Counted from the first letter of the stretch, positions 28,257 through 36,911 are shown. The stretch is 39,482 nt of DNA from Ignavibacteria bacterium (GCA_026417195.1 JAOADS010000002.1:1-39482); one strand, 5' to 3'. A program made the numbers and translations. The notes: generated by a model not told the origin, from the sequence alone.

Positions 28257-28928
28257 TTAATTTTTCTCAATTCTAAAATTATTTTTAGTTCGTTTTATGA
28301 ATAAAATAGGTTCAGAAGTTTTTACTACTGGAACAAATCCTTCATCTGAGTAATCTACCACTGCTCCTTTTATCTGATGAGTCATATATTTTCCTGAATC
28401 CACAAATCCATCTGTAATTTTTTTTATGTTATTTATCAGTTTCTCTGAGCTGACAGCTTCTGAAAACTCGAAGCGGAATATTTTACCCGGTTTAATGTTT
28501 ACAGGAATGGTAATGTTATAAATATCAATAGCTGGTTCTTCGTAAGGGTGAACATGATATATTTTGTCAATAACTCTGTGAAGCTTATCTTTTTCGCATA
28601 CCATCTCTATTCTTACTTCATTTACTGTTTCAAGATTTCCTTTATTGCCTACAGCAGGATTTGACTGATCATTACCCATAAATGTGCCAAGGCCTTCTGT
28701 CCTGAAGGAACATACAGTATAGTTTCCTATTATACCGGCACCTTCTGAAGACATATGAGAAATTATATCTTCAGCTTTATCTGCAGGGGCAAAGACAACA
28801 ATTTTATATTTTGATTCATATGAGCGAAAAGATGTGGTTATTTTTTTTATTTCTATTCCCTCAAAAATATCCATAAGTTCTTTCCTTAAGTTTTCCTCAA
28901 CCTCTTGCCAGATTTTGTTATTTTCCAT
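28257..28928 (-). CDS. Nif3/DUF34-related protein retaining the PII-like insert domain but apparently lacking the metal-binding core
   Basis: GNYTVCSFRTEGLGTFMGNDQSNPAVGNKGNLETVNEVRIEMVCEKDKLHRVIDKIYHVHPYEEPAIDIY matches the Nif3 insert-domain pattern (Y..CSF...G.GTF.....NP..G..G.LE.V.EVRIE......HPYEEPA.D.Y). I could not see the flanking Nif3 core motifs. Confidence 0.55.
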   Translation of the reverse strand: MENNKIWQEVEENLRKELMDIFEGIEIKKITTSFRSYESKYKIVVFAPADKAEDIISHMSSEGAGIIGNYTVCSFRTEGLGTFMGNDQSNPAVGNKGNLETVNEVRIEMVCEKDKLHRVIDKIYHVHPYEEPAIDIYNITIPVNIKPGKIFRFEFSEAVSSEKLINNIKKITDGFVDSGKYMTHQIKGAVVDYSDEGFVPVVKTSEPILFIKRTKNNFRIEKN

Positions 28929-28944
28929 TTTTAAATAAGTTACA

Positions 28945-28980
28945 TAAAAAAAATGTCCCGATATTATCGGGACTTTTTAT
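28945..28980 (-). terminator. Rho-independent terminator (bidirectional geometry, stronger U-tract on the minus strand) downstream of ppx
   Basis: Stem GTCCCGAT/ATCGGGAC (28955-28962 / 28966-28973) with a 3-nt loop, flanked by an A-run of about 8 on one side and a T5 run on the other. Confidence 0.7.
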
Positions 28981-29107
28981 TGATTTTAGGGTAAAATATA
29001 TTAAATCTGAATATGATAAACATTACGTTTACAAATTAATTTTGTCAATTTTTAAATACAATTGCAAAATTAAGAATATCAGAGAAATTACGTTGTTAAT
29101 GGTAAAA

Positions 29108-30682
29108 TTACCTGTTTACAAAGTTATTTTCTGAAATCCGGAATACACATCTCACATTGAATACTTCTTCAAACAAAGCTTTTTTGCTTTCAGCTCCCCA
29201 GATTTCAAGTTCTGTATTTTTCCCGGACACAGGTATTATTATAAACTCAGCTTCAGTGTTTTTGACTTTAACATTTACATCATCCACTGATGAACTGTGT
29301 GATCTGTCCAGTCCGTCTGCAATTCTTAATATTGATGAAAGTTTTCTGATTGTTTTCTGATCTTCTGAAGACATTTTTGAGAATTCAATATGTTTGGATT
29401 TCGGATGACTTTTCCTGTGATATCTTGCTACATTTGCTATGATTTCTTTTTCGTTTTCATTAAAACCAAGCATTTCTGAGTTTCTTATTAGGTAATATGA
29501 ATGTCTGTGATGCTGAGAGTGAGAAACAAATGTACCGACTTCGTGTAATATTGCTGCAGCTTCAAGGTATTCCCTTTCTGTGTTGCTCATTTTATGTAGT
29601 TGCTGTGTCTGGTCAAATATACTAAGTGCCAGCCTGCAGACCTGTAGCGAGTGTTCCTTTTCAAATCTGAAGTTTTCAGCCGTATGCATTACACTTTTGT
29701 ATCGTATGTTTGCAAGATGTCCTATATCGTCTTTTATGAAAAGTTTCTCTATAGTATCATATATAATTCCCTCTCTTAATGCAAATTCCGAAATCATCAT
29801 CTGATTAATTTTCAGCTGCAGGAAAATCTGTTCCAGTATGAGAGCTCCGGCAGGAATTATATCAGCTCTTTGCGGATCAAGCCCGGGAATTTTAAGTCTG
29901 CTTTTGGGAGTTTTGGATTCTACTATCTCAGAAACAGTTTCATATAGTTCTTCATCCTTGAATGTAAAATTATTAAGCCTCTGCTCAGGGGAATTACCTC
30001 TTCTGATGTTTATGATAGATGCCAGGTTTAATATAGTTCCTGAAGATCCTATACATATTTCCCAGCGAAATTTTTCAATATCTCTCATGACAGGCTGCAT
30101 ATATCCTTTTATAAACTGTCTGCAGGTTTTAACTGATTTTGAATTAGTTTCGCCGCCGGGGAAGAATCGCTGTGTAAGTCTTATCGCTCCAAGTTTAAGA
30201 CTTGAGTCAAAAGCTATTTCTTTTCTATGTCCAATTAAGAACTCGGTACTGCCACCGCCTATGTCAATGAGTAATATTTTTTTGTCAAATACGGGCAAAG
30301 CCTGAAGGATTCCGAGATAAATGTATCTTGCCTCTTCAACGCCCGAGGCAACTTCTATCTTTATTCCTGTTTCCTGCCACACTTTCTGTATAAACTCATC
30401 CTGATTGTTAGCCTCCCTTACAGCACTTGTTGCAACAGCTCTTACGGATGCACCGGCAGAGTCTGCTAGAGCTTTGAATTTCTTCAGGGTTTCCATTCCC
30501 CGCTGAAAGGCATCAGGTTTAAGATATTTCATATCACTTGAACCTGAACCAAGCCTGACATTCACTTTCTCTCTGCCAAGAGTTGTGAATTTTCCGGAGG
30601 CTCCGTTTACCTCAGCTATTATAAGATGGAATGAATTCGTTCCTATGTCTATTGCTGCAAGGCGGGGTTTTTTTATTTCCAT
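29108..30682 (-). CDS. ppx: Ppx/GppA-family exopolyphosphatase with C-terminal HD domain
   Basis: AAIDIGTNSFHLII, LIDIGGGSTEF, and the HD region LHEVGTFVSHSQHHRHSYYLI. Confidence 0.9.
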   Translation of the reverse strand: MEIKKPRLAAIDIGTNSFHLIIAEVNGASGKFTTLGREKVNVRLGSGSSDMKYLKPDAFQRGMETLKKFKALADSAGASVRAVATSAVREANNQDEFIQKVWQETGIKIEVASGVEEARYIYLGILQALPVFDKKILLIDIGGGSTEFLIGHRKEIAFDSSLKLGAIRLTQRFFPGGETNSKSVKTCRQFIKGYMQPVMRDIEKFRWEICIGSSGTILNLASIINIRRGNSPEQRLNNFTFKDEELYETVSEIVESKTPKSRLKIPGLDPQRADIIPAGALILEQIFLQLKINQMMISEFALREGIIYDTIEKLFIKDDIGHLANIRYKSVMHTAENFRFEKEHSLQVCRLALSIFDQTQQLHKMSNTEREYLEAAAILHEVGTFVSHSQHHRHSYYLIRNSEMLGFNENEKEIIANVARYHRKSHPKSKHIEFSKMSSEDQKTIRKLSSILRIADGLDRSHSSSVDDVNVKVKNTEAEFIIIPVSGKNTELEIWGAESKKALFEEVFNVRCVFRISENNFVNR

Positions 30683-31095
30683 AGCATCAGGATAAGTCCG
30701 CTTAATATTAATACGAGGGATATTATGGTTTTTAAAGTTATTTCTTCTTTAAGTATAAGAAATGAGAGTAAAACAGTTATCAAAACACTTGCCTTATCAA
30801 TTATTGCTACGACGGAAACTTCACCGGACTTTATTGCCTTGTAATAAAAAATCCAAGATAAAGCAGTCGTCAGTCCGGATATGCCAAGAAATAAAACATC
30901 TTTTGCAGAAAGAGAAGATATAAATTTTGTATGGCCGAAAATTAAAATATTGCTCCAGACAAATATTAAAACGAAGGCAGTCCTGACTCCAACACCAAGG
31001 TCACCGCTTATATTCTTAAGACCAAGTTTTGCTATAACAGAGGTAATTCCAGCAAAAAGCATAGCAAGAACCGCATATATAATCCAGGTTTGCAT
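30673..31095 (-). CDS. Single-EamA-domain small membrane transporter (DMT superfamily)
   Basis: 140 aa with 4-5 TM segments. IAKLGLK...YYKAIK..EVSVVAIIDK pattern. Confidence 0.65.
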   Translation of the reverse strand: MQTWIIYAVLAMLFAGITSVIAKLGLKNISGDLGVGVRTAFVLIFVWSNILIFGHTKFISSLSAKDVLFLGISGLTTALSWIFYYKAIKSGEVSVVAIIDKASVLITVLLSFLILKEEITLKTIISLVLILSGLILMLWK

Positions 31096-31120
31096 TTTTC
31101 TCGGAATAATCTCAGTAAGA

Positions 31121-32521
31121 TTATTTTAACCTTTCAGAAAGCCATTTTGATATTAAATCAAGAAAGCCAGGTACGAATTCCTTAGGTAAATCTGAATATT
31201 CACTTGGGCTGCCTGTAACTGCCTTCTGAAATAGATGATTTGCTTCAGGGATTACCTCAACTGTGTAATCCGGATTGCCTCCGTTTCTTAGAGCTTCCTC
31301 AATAAATTTTCTGTTTTGCCTGACCGAGACCTGAAGATCTTTTTCACCGAAAATTGCAAGAACGGGACATTTAACCCTGGTAAGAGTCTCATAGGGATCG
31401 TAATCTAAAAAGTATTTCATCCAGGTTGTGTTAAATCTATTAACTGTCATGTTTGCAATGTCTGAAGCATATTCATTCTTATCTTTTATGTTTTTTCTTA
31501 TCTCTTCGGGAATCTCATCAAAGTTTTCTATAATGTTGTTTTTGATTTCTTTTTTTACCTCATCCATGGATTTATTTTCTCTTAATGCTTCGTAAATCAT
31601 GTCAATCATCTGAATGTAAGAATTGATTTCCTTTTCCGAGGAACCGTCAGCAGCCATAATAAGTCTGGATTGGTCTTTTAAGATATCTATTCCCTTAACT
31701 CCTGTTCCAGCCATTAAAATAATGAAAGCAATTTCAGGATACCGCACAGCTGCCAGCGGAGCAACTATACCACCTTCACTGTGACCCAGTAGTCCGATTT
31801 TATTTTTTAAAATGTTATCTCTGGTTTGAAGATATTTAACGGCAGCTATGACGTCACCTGCAAATTCTTCAGTTGTGGACTCATCAACTGTTTTGCAAAC
31901 TGATTTATTAACACCTCTGTCATCATATCTGAGAACCGCAAAGCCTTCACGTGTTAAATGATCAGCAAGAGTTTTGAAAATTTTGAAGCCTGCGACTTCC
32001 TCATCTCTTGTCTGGGGTCCGCTCCCGGTAATAAGAACTATTGCAGGAAATTTACCATCACCGAAGGGATAGGTCAGGGTTCCGGAGAAAGAACATCCGT
32101 CATTTATAAAGGTAATTTCTTCTGAATTATAAGGAAGATCTTCAGGATATGGAAGTTCTTCAAGAGGAGTTGAACCGCGCCGTAGAACAAACCCAGCCCT
32201 GATTCCAGACTGCGTGAATGAACCGGAAATAGAATCTCCGTAATAAATTCCTTCAAATATTGCCCTGCCCAGGCCAGATTCCAGTTCAAAATGAACCTTT
32301 GGGTTTTTAAATGATACGTTTGTTAAGTCAAGTCCTTTTGCTCCCTGATCAGGTATGTCAATTTTCGCTTTCAGTGAGTCTGATTCTGTACGGAATGTTA
32401 CAATGATTCCGAGTTTACTTCCCATAATGTCTATATAGCCAGTCCATGTAGTGTCTATCTGTGAGCGGGTTTCGTTTAAACTGAATAATAAAGGGATAAG
32501 AAGAGTTATTATTTTTTTCAT
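31121..32521 (-). CDS. Secreted alpha/beta hydrolase (serine hydrolase with an N-terminal beta domain)
   Basis: Signal peptide. GLLGHSEGG nucleophile elbow. Late Asp/His region (GEKDLQV ... ANHLF). Confidence 0.75.
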   Translation of the reverse strand: MKKIITLLIPLLFSLNETRSQIDTTWTGYIDIMGSKLGIIVTFRTESDSLKAKIDIPDQGAKGLDLTNVSFKNPKVHFELESGLGRAIFEGIYYGDSISGSFTQSGIRAGFVLRRGSTPLEELPYPEDLPYNSEEITFINDGCSFSGTLTYPFGDGKFPAIVLITGSGPQTRDEEVAGFKIFKTLADHLTREGFAVLRYDDRGVNKSVCKTVDESTTEEFAGDVIAAVKYLQTRDNILKNKIGLLGHSEGGIVAPLAAVRYPEIAFIILMAGTGVKGIDILKDQSRLIMAADGSSEKEINSYIQMIDMIYEALRENKSMDEVKKEIKNNIIENFDEIPEEIRKNIKDKNEYASDIANMTVNRFNTTWMKYFLDYDPYETLTRVKCPVLAIFGEKDLQVSVRQNRKFIEEALRNGGNPDYTVEVIPEANHLFQKAVTGSPSEYSDLPKEFVPGFLDLISKWLSERLK

Positions 32522-32579
32522 ATGTAATTATTTATAATAAAAATACTAAAGAAATAATTACTTTGATATGTTAAATTTA

Positions 32580-33080
32580 TTAGTCTTTAACTTTGTTAAA
32601 AGAGTTCTGCAAGTTTTCAAGGAAGTTTTCAGATGATATATATTTTATTTTCTCACATAATAAACTGTAATTGCCTCTTCTCTGATTTTTCATGTAAATT
32701 ACAATTTCTCTCAGATGCTTTGTTGAAAGTCTCTGCTTCGGATCATCTATGGTTCTGTTGAACAGCCGGATCTCCTTTATATGCAAATTAATTTCAGGAA
32801 TCATGACGTCAGCGTCATGAATTTCACCCATGAGTTCAAGTACTTCCTTTATTTCATCAAGATACTGTTTGAAATTTTTGCTGAAACAATATTCACCTAT
32901 CTCCATGGCATATCTCAGTGGCTTACCTCTTTTCCTCATCTCATGCAAGATATTTTTTCTCAAAGGATAGTTCAGAACTATATCAGAAAGAGCTAAAAAA
33001 TCCTCCAGCATAACAGGTATAATGACCGATAAATTTTTTTTCAGGGATTCTTTTTTATCAAGCGGATATTTCCTTGTCAT
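32580..33080 (-). CDS. CHAD domain protein, second (C-terminal) half-domain
   Basis: LHEMRKRGKPLRYAMEI ... LMGEIHDADV matches the second CHAD repeat (lH.lRI..K.LRYa.E ... LG..nD). Confidence 0.7.
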   Translation of the reverse strand: MTRKYPLDKKESLKKNLSVIIPVMLEDFLALSDIVLNYPLRKNILHEMRKRGKPLRYAMEIGEYCFSKNFKQYLDEIKEVLELMGEIHDADVMIPEINLHIKEIRLFNRTIDDPKQRLSTKHLREIVIYMKNQRRGNYSLLCEKIKYISSENFLENLQNSFNKVKD

Positions 33081-33547
33081 ATTTGACTGAATATAAATCT
33101 GTAAAAATGTTCTTTATAACCTCTTTTATTGAGTTCATTAATAAGGCTTACCAGAATTTTTCTTTTTTCATCTCTTTCTGCCTTTTTTCTTATTAACAAA
33201 AGATTCAAAGCACGTTTGTCATATTCAGTTGTATTCACCATATTTTCTATCTTATCTATGAAAACGTCATAGTCTCTCACTTCTCCCAGAGCTCTGATTA
33301 GGAGTCTGAGTTCATTGTAAACTTTTCTAAAGCTTTTTTTAGGGAAGAGTTGTCTGAAAATTTTCATTACTGCCTGAAGCCTGCGGGCTGCTACTCTCAT
33401 GTCGTGTAATGCCTCAATATCTTTTCCTTCAATTGTTCCTTCTTCAAATGATATCATTTCATCGAAACGTACTCGCAGTATTTTCTGAACACAGGATTTT
33501 ACAGGTTTGTTGGGATTTAAAAACGGTATTTTTCTTGCTTTAGCCAT
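33077..33547 (-). CDS. CHAD domain protein, first (N-terminal) half-domain
   Basis: LHDMRVAARRLQAVMKIFRQLFP ... ALGEVRDYDVF matches the first CHAD repeat (vH.lRV..RRLR..l.lf ... lG.vRD.DV). Confidence 0.75.
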   Translation of the reverse strand: MAKARKIPFLNPNKPVKSCVQKILRVRFDEMISFEEGTIEGKDIEALHDMRVAARRLQAVMKIFRQLFPKKSFRKVYNELRLLIRALGEVRDYDVFIDKIENMVNTTEYDKRALNLLLIRKKAERDEKRKILVSLINELNKRGYKEHFYRFIFSQI

Positions 33548-33548
33548 A

Positions 33549-34442
33549 TCAGCCGTAGAATACAGGTTCTCTCAGATTCAGTTTACAGATTTTGTTAAAC
33601 TGTCTTATTGCATAAAGTGTTAGCTCAGGGGAATCTTTTTCATCGTGCATGTGAATCATGAAGTAAACAGTACGGAGTCCAGAACATAGCCATTTTTTTA
33701 TTCTCTCTGCCCAGTTGTTTATTCTTCTGAAGTCACTTTCATGTAATGAATTTCCAACGAACCTGATAAATGCAAAGCCAGATGTAAGTCTCATATGGAC
33801 ACAGTCTCTTCTTCCAGCAGTGTCGGTAATGACTGTTCCAATACCTTTATTATTCAATGCCCGAAAAATGTAATTAACTTCATCTGACTCTCTGAACCAG
33901 TCTTCGTGTCTGAACTCTATACAGAAAGATAAGTTATTTGGTAAAGAGTTTATATAATTTTCAAGAATTTCACTTTTTGTCGGACTGAAGTCCGGCGGGA
34001 GCTGAAGGAAACATGTTCCGAGATTTATACCGAATCGCTTTACTGAATCTATGAAGTTTATGGTTTCACTTTCACAGTTTTTTAATCTCTTAATGTGACT
34101 GATCCATTGGGGAAATTTAGGGCAGAATCTGAAATTTTCATCAGCATTTAATTTCCATTTCTCAACTGTGGATTCAGACGGAATTCTGTAATGGGTTGCA
34201 TTTAACTCAATTGTATTAAACTGTCTGACATAATAATTGACAAAGTCTTTCTCTTTAGCTGAAGGAGGATATATTTTTCCTATCCACTCCTTTCTTCCCC
34301 ATTTTGCACATCCGATAAATAATTCAGGTTTTTTATTAAGTGATTTCAGACCGTTGAGAATAATATCAGTATCGCTGTGATTTTCAGGTAAACTAAAGTC
34401 TATTTCGTCAAGTTTATAAGCAGGTACTTTTCCGAAATCCAT
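33549..34442 (-). CDS. DUF72 (YecE/UPF0759) family protein
   Basis: IGCAKWGRKEWIGKIYPP...FNTIELNATHY...KFPQWISH...FLQLPPDF pattern and size. Confidence 0.78.
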   Translation of the reverse strand: MDFGKVPAYKLDEIDFSLPENHSDTDIILNGLKSLNKKPELFIGCAKWGRKEWIGKIYPPSAKEKDFVNYYVRQFNTIELNATHYRIPSESTVEKWKLNADENFRFCPKFPQWISHIKRLKNCESETINFIDSVKRFGINLGTCFLQLPPDFSPTKSEILENYINSLPNNLSFCIEFRHEDWFRESDEVNYIFRALNNKGIGTVITDTAGRRDCVHMRLTSGFAFIRFVGNSLHESDFRRINNWAERIKKWLCSGLRTVYFMIHMHDEKDSPELTLYAIRQFNKICKLNLREPVFYG

Positions 34443-34444
34443 CT

Positions 34445-35539
34445 TTAGTTTTCATCCGTAACTCTTTTGAGGGCGCCGAAATTTTCTATAAGGATAGTAT
34501 CATATTTATCGGCTGTTTCAATGAATCTTCTGAATGCTTCAAGCCCGGAGTCAAAAGTCAGATATTGGTCAAAGAGAAATGTTGAAAGCACTATATTCTG
34601 CTGATTAACACTGAACATCATTGACTCTAAATTATAATTTTCTCTCAGGAGAAATTCATAAATCGCTGAAATGTTGGTTTTAGGCAGCACGCAAAGGAAT
34701 GAATCAAGGACTATGAATCCGTCTGAGTTGTAGTTTATGGATATCCTGGCAGATCCTTCTTCCAGTTCCCATGAATAAGGACCTATTCTTGAAAGTCTTA
34801 CGTCTTTACCGAGTGCTTCAATGATTGATTCGATAACTGCAGAAGTACCTGTTGGCTTATATTCTTCTTCTTTGCGGGAGGGCATTTTTATCTCACTGCC
34901 GCAATTCGGACAATATTTATCGTCTATATTGTTTTCAGACACAATTGCAGAGCAGGAAATACATCTTGTAGCATATGTGCCGAAATAAGGTTTATAATCA
35001 TTTAAGTCTTCATCAAGGTACTGAACAGGCAGGGCGAAACCAAGATTATCGCCACCGGCAATTATGAAGGTATTAACGCCCACCACTTCTCCGTCAAGAT
35101 TTACAAGAGGACCCCCGCTGTTGCCCGGATTGATCGCCGCATCAATCTGAATATAACTTATGCCGTTCTTCACACGGCTTGACTTTGAAACTATACCTTC
35201 GGTTGCTGTATAATTCAGTCCGTAAGGGTGACCTATTGCTATTACTGTATCACCGTCTTTGACCGGGCTGTTTTTTCCAAGTCTTATCTCAGGTAATTCA
35301 ACACCCTCAGGAGCTCTTATAAATGCAAGATCATATCTGGGATCGGTGAAATAAACCGGTGCTATTTGTTTGGTGAGGTTGTTTCCTCCGATTACCGCTT
35401 CAGCGTTTCCTCTGATAACATGGTTATTTGTTACAATAAGCTTTTCATTCTTAAGGTAAAATCCAGTACCGGTTGATTGAGGTGTGGCAATCTGTATGAT
35501 CGCCGGGCGGAACATATCTATGATTTGCTGTATTTCCAA
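34445..35539 (-). CDS. Cytoplasmic trypsin-like (S1/HtrA-type) serine protease fused to a C4 zinc ribbon and a C-terminal YbjN/CesT-like domain
   Basis: Catalytic triad in context: VTNNHV, YDLAFI, GNSGGPLV. No signal peptide and no PDZ domain. CISC...(15 aa)...CPNCG. The C-terminal ~130 aa show a YbjN-like pattern (SWELEEGSARISINYNSDGFIVLDSFLCVLP...FLLRENYNL..MMFSV). TTG start 4 nt after the upstream stop. Confidence 0.78.
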   Translation of the reverse strand: MEIQQIIDMFRPAIIQIATPQSTGTGFYLKNEKLIVTNNHVIRGNAEAVIGGNNLTKQIAPVYFTDPRYDLAFIRAPEGVELPEIRLGKNSPVKDGDTVIAIGHPYGLNYTATEGIVSKSSRVKNGISYIQIDAAINPGNSGGPLVNLDGEVVGVNTFIIAGGDNLGFALPVQYLDEDLNDYKPYFGTYATRCISCSAIVSENNIDDKYCPNCGSEIKMPSRKEEEYKPTGTSAVIESIIEALGKDVRLSRIGPYSWELEEGSARISINYNSDGFIVLDSFLCVLPKTNISAIYEFLLRENYNLESMMFSVNQQNIVLSTFLFDQYLTFDSGLEAFRRFIETADKYDTILIENFGALKRVTDEN

Positions 35540-35543
35540 TCGG

Positions 35544-36809
35544 TTATTTAGTAAAATTAAGTTTTGCCAATTCGTTCAGGTAGCTTCTGGCGAATTCCAG
35601 AATTGAATTATATGTTAAATTATCTGTATTAAAGTTAAGCAAAGGATATTCGTTCCGGTTTCTTTCTATTACTTTACTTATTTCTTTTTTTATTTTCCTT
35701 TCATTAAAAGAATTCTTACGTAAGTCATATAAAACTTCCCCGTATCCTAGCTCAGCAAAATAATCCTGATTTATGATGTTCATCGCAATATGCAGAAGCT
35801 CAACATCTGCTTTCGGAAGTGCATATGAAAATAAAGAGTAAGACACTATATATTCTGTTACGTTTAATGCGATTTCAGGCATGTTATTGTCAAGATGATA
35901 TTTTACATTACCTATATTTTTGTTTATTGTATCAATCAAAGTTTCATGGGGAGCTGGTGTGAGAATTCCGAATGTAGGCTTACTTCTTGTTAAATCTTTT
36001 ATTACTTTTTGCTCTGATGTGTTTAGAAATTTTTCCAAAATATTTTTAATCTCTCTGTTTTTTTCAACATATGGTCTGTTGTCCTGAGCGAAATACTGCC
36101 AGCTAGCTTTTTCAATTTCATTCATAATAGTACCTTCCGGTGTAATGAGGTAATCTATTTTATAAATCGTATTAAGCAGTATATATGATATCCCGCCGGA
36201 AAAAGAATCTTCGTTGAGTTTGGAAACTTTCTCCAAAGCATCATTTATCCATTTCCTGAAGTATTTATATTTGATTTTAGCTTCCTTTTCAGGGATCTGG
36301 CTTATCTCTGAATTTTTTATGATTTTAAGGACGGAGAAGCTCTCAGCAAGAACATCATCCTGCTTATCAGCTTTGGTTGCCAGTTCCTTCAAAGCATAAT
36401 AAAGCTTTCTTGGGTGACCATCTTTTATCGCTGAATCAAACTTTAAATATATAAAATTATCCTTTAATGCAAAGCGGTTGTAGAAAAGAGTAAAGTTCAA
36501 TTCCATTAGTTTCCTCATGAAACTTACAGCTGGTTTTTCAAATTCAGCTATGACTGATTCTGCTAAAATTTTTCCGTTGGATATCTGACCTTTCACTGTC
36601 TTTGAACCCTGAAAGAGTTCAAATTTTATTTCATCTTTCTCTCTTCTGAAATGAACATTGTCAAGATCGTCATCTCTTAGGTAGTTAAGAAACGCTTCGT
36701 ATGAGTCAAGATATCTTTTTTCTTCAAAAAATTTCTCGGAATTAAACCAGGCTTCCCGTTTATAATGTGGTTTGTAGCTGTCAGAATATCTTCCAAAAAT
36801 GGGATACAT
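35544..36809 (-). CDS. Hypothetical protein (421 aa): N-terminal YbjN/CesT-like module plus an unknown helical C-terminal region
   Basis: No signal peptide. aa ~30-150 (FELFQGSKTVKGQISNGKILAESVIAEF...FMRKLMELNFTLFYNRFALKDNFIYLKF) resemble the YbjN fold pattern. The rest is unrecognised. Confidence 0.55.
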   Translation of the reverse strand: MYPIFGRYSDSYKPHYKREAWFNSEKFFEEKRYLDSYEAFLNYLRDDDLDNVHFRREKDEIKFELFQGSKTVKGQISNGKILAESVIAEFEKPAVSFMRKLMELNFTLFYNRFALKDNFIYLKFDSAIKDGHPRKLYYALKELATKADKQDDVLAESFSVLKIIKNSEISQIPEKEAKIKYKYFRKWINDALEKVSKLNEDSFSGGISYILLNTIYKIDYLITPEGTIMNEIEKASWQYFAQDNRPYVEKNREIKNILEKFLNTSEQKVIKDLTRSKPTFGILTPAPHETLIDTINKNIGNVKYHLDNNMPEIALNVTEYIVSYSLFSYALPKADVELLHIAMNIINQDYFAELGYGEVLYDLRKNSFNERKIKKEISKVIERNRNEYPLLNFNTDNLTYNSILEFARSYLNELAKLNFTK

Positions 36810-36911
36810 ATAAAATCAAAGTTAATAATATTCGTTTTTTTTAAAAACGAAAAAGTTCCTCTGATATGCAATGGACTTGTTTTGTATTTGTTTTTTATCG
36901 GCTTAAGTTTT

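Noticed and set aside
29838-30305. 155-aa plus-strand ORF. Similar nested antisense ORFs occur at 17324..17680, 22997..23365, 24277..24651, 5497..5847 and 15747..16076.
   Set aside because: All are nested antisense to CDSs with strong family signatures (Ppx, AspA/FumC family, GT9, MscS, the propeller protein, the DUF4292-like protein). Their translations are low-complexity and Ser/Leu/Ile-rich.
36830-36856. Hairpin CGTTTTT-ttt-AAAAACG in the divergent promoter region.
   Set aside because: The stem is almost pure A/T with only two G:C pairs. It lies between two divergent gene starts, so it is not positioned as a terminator, and it probably arose by chance.
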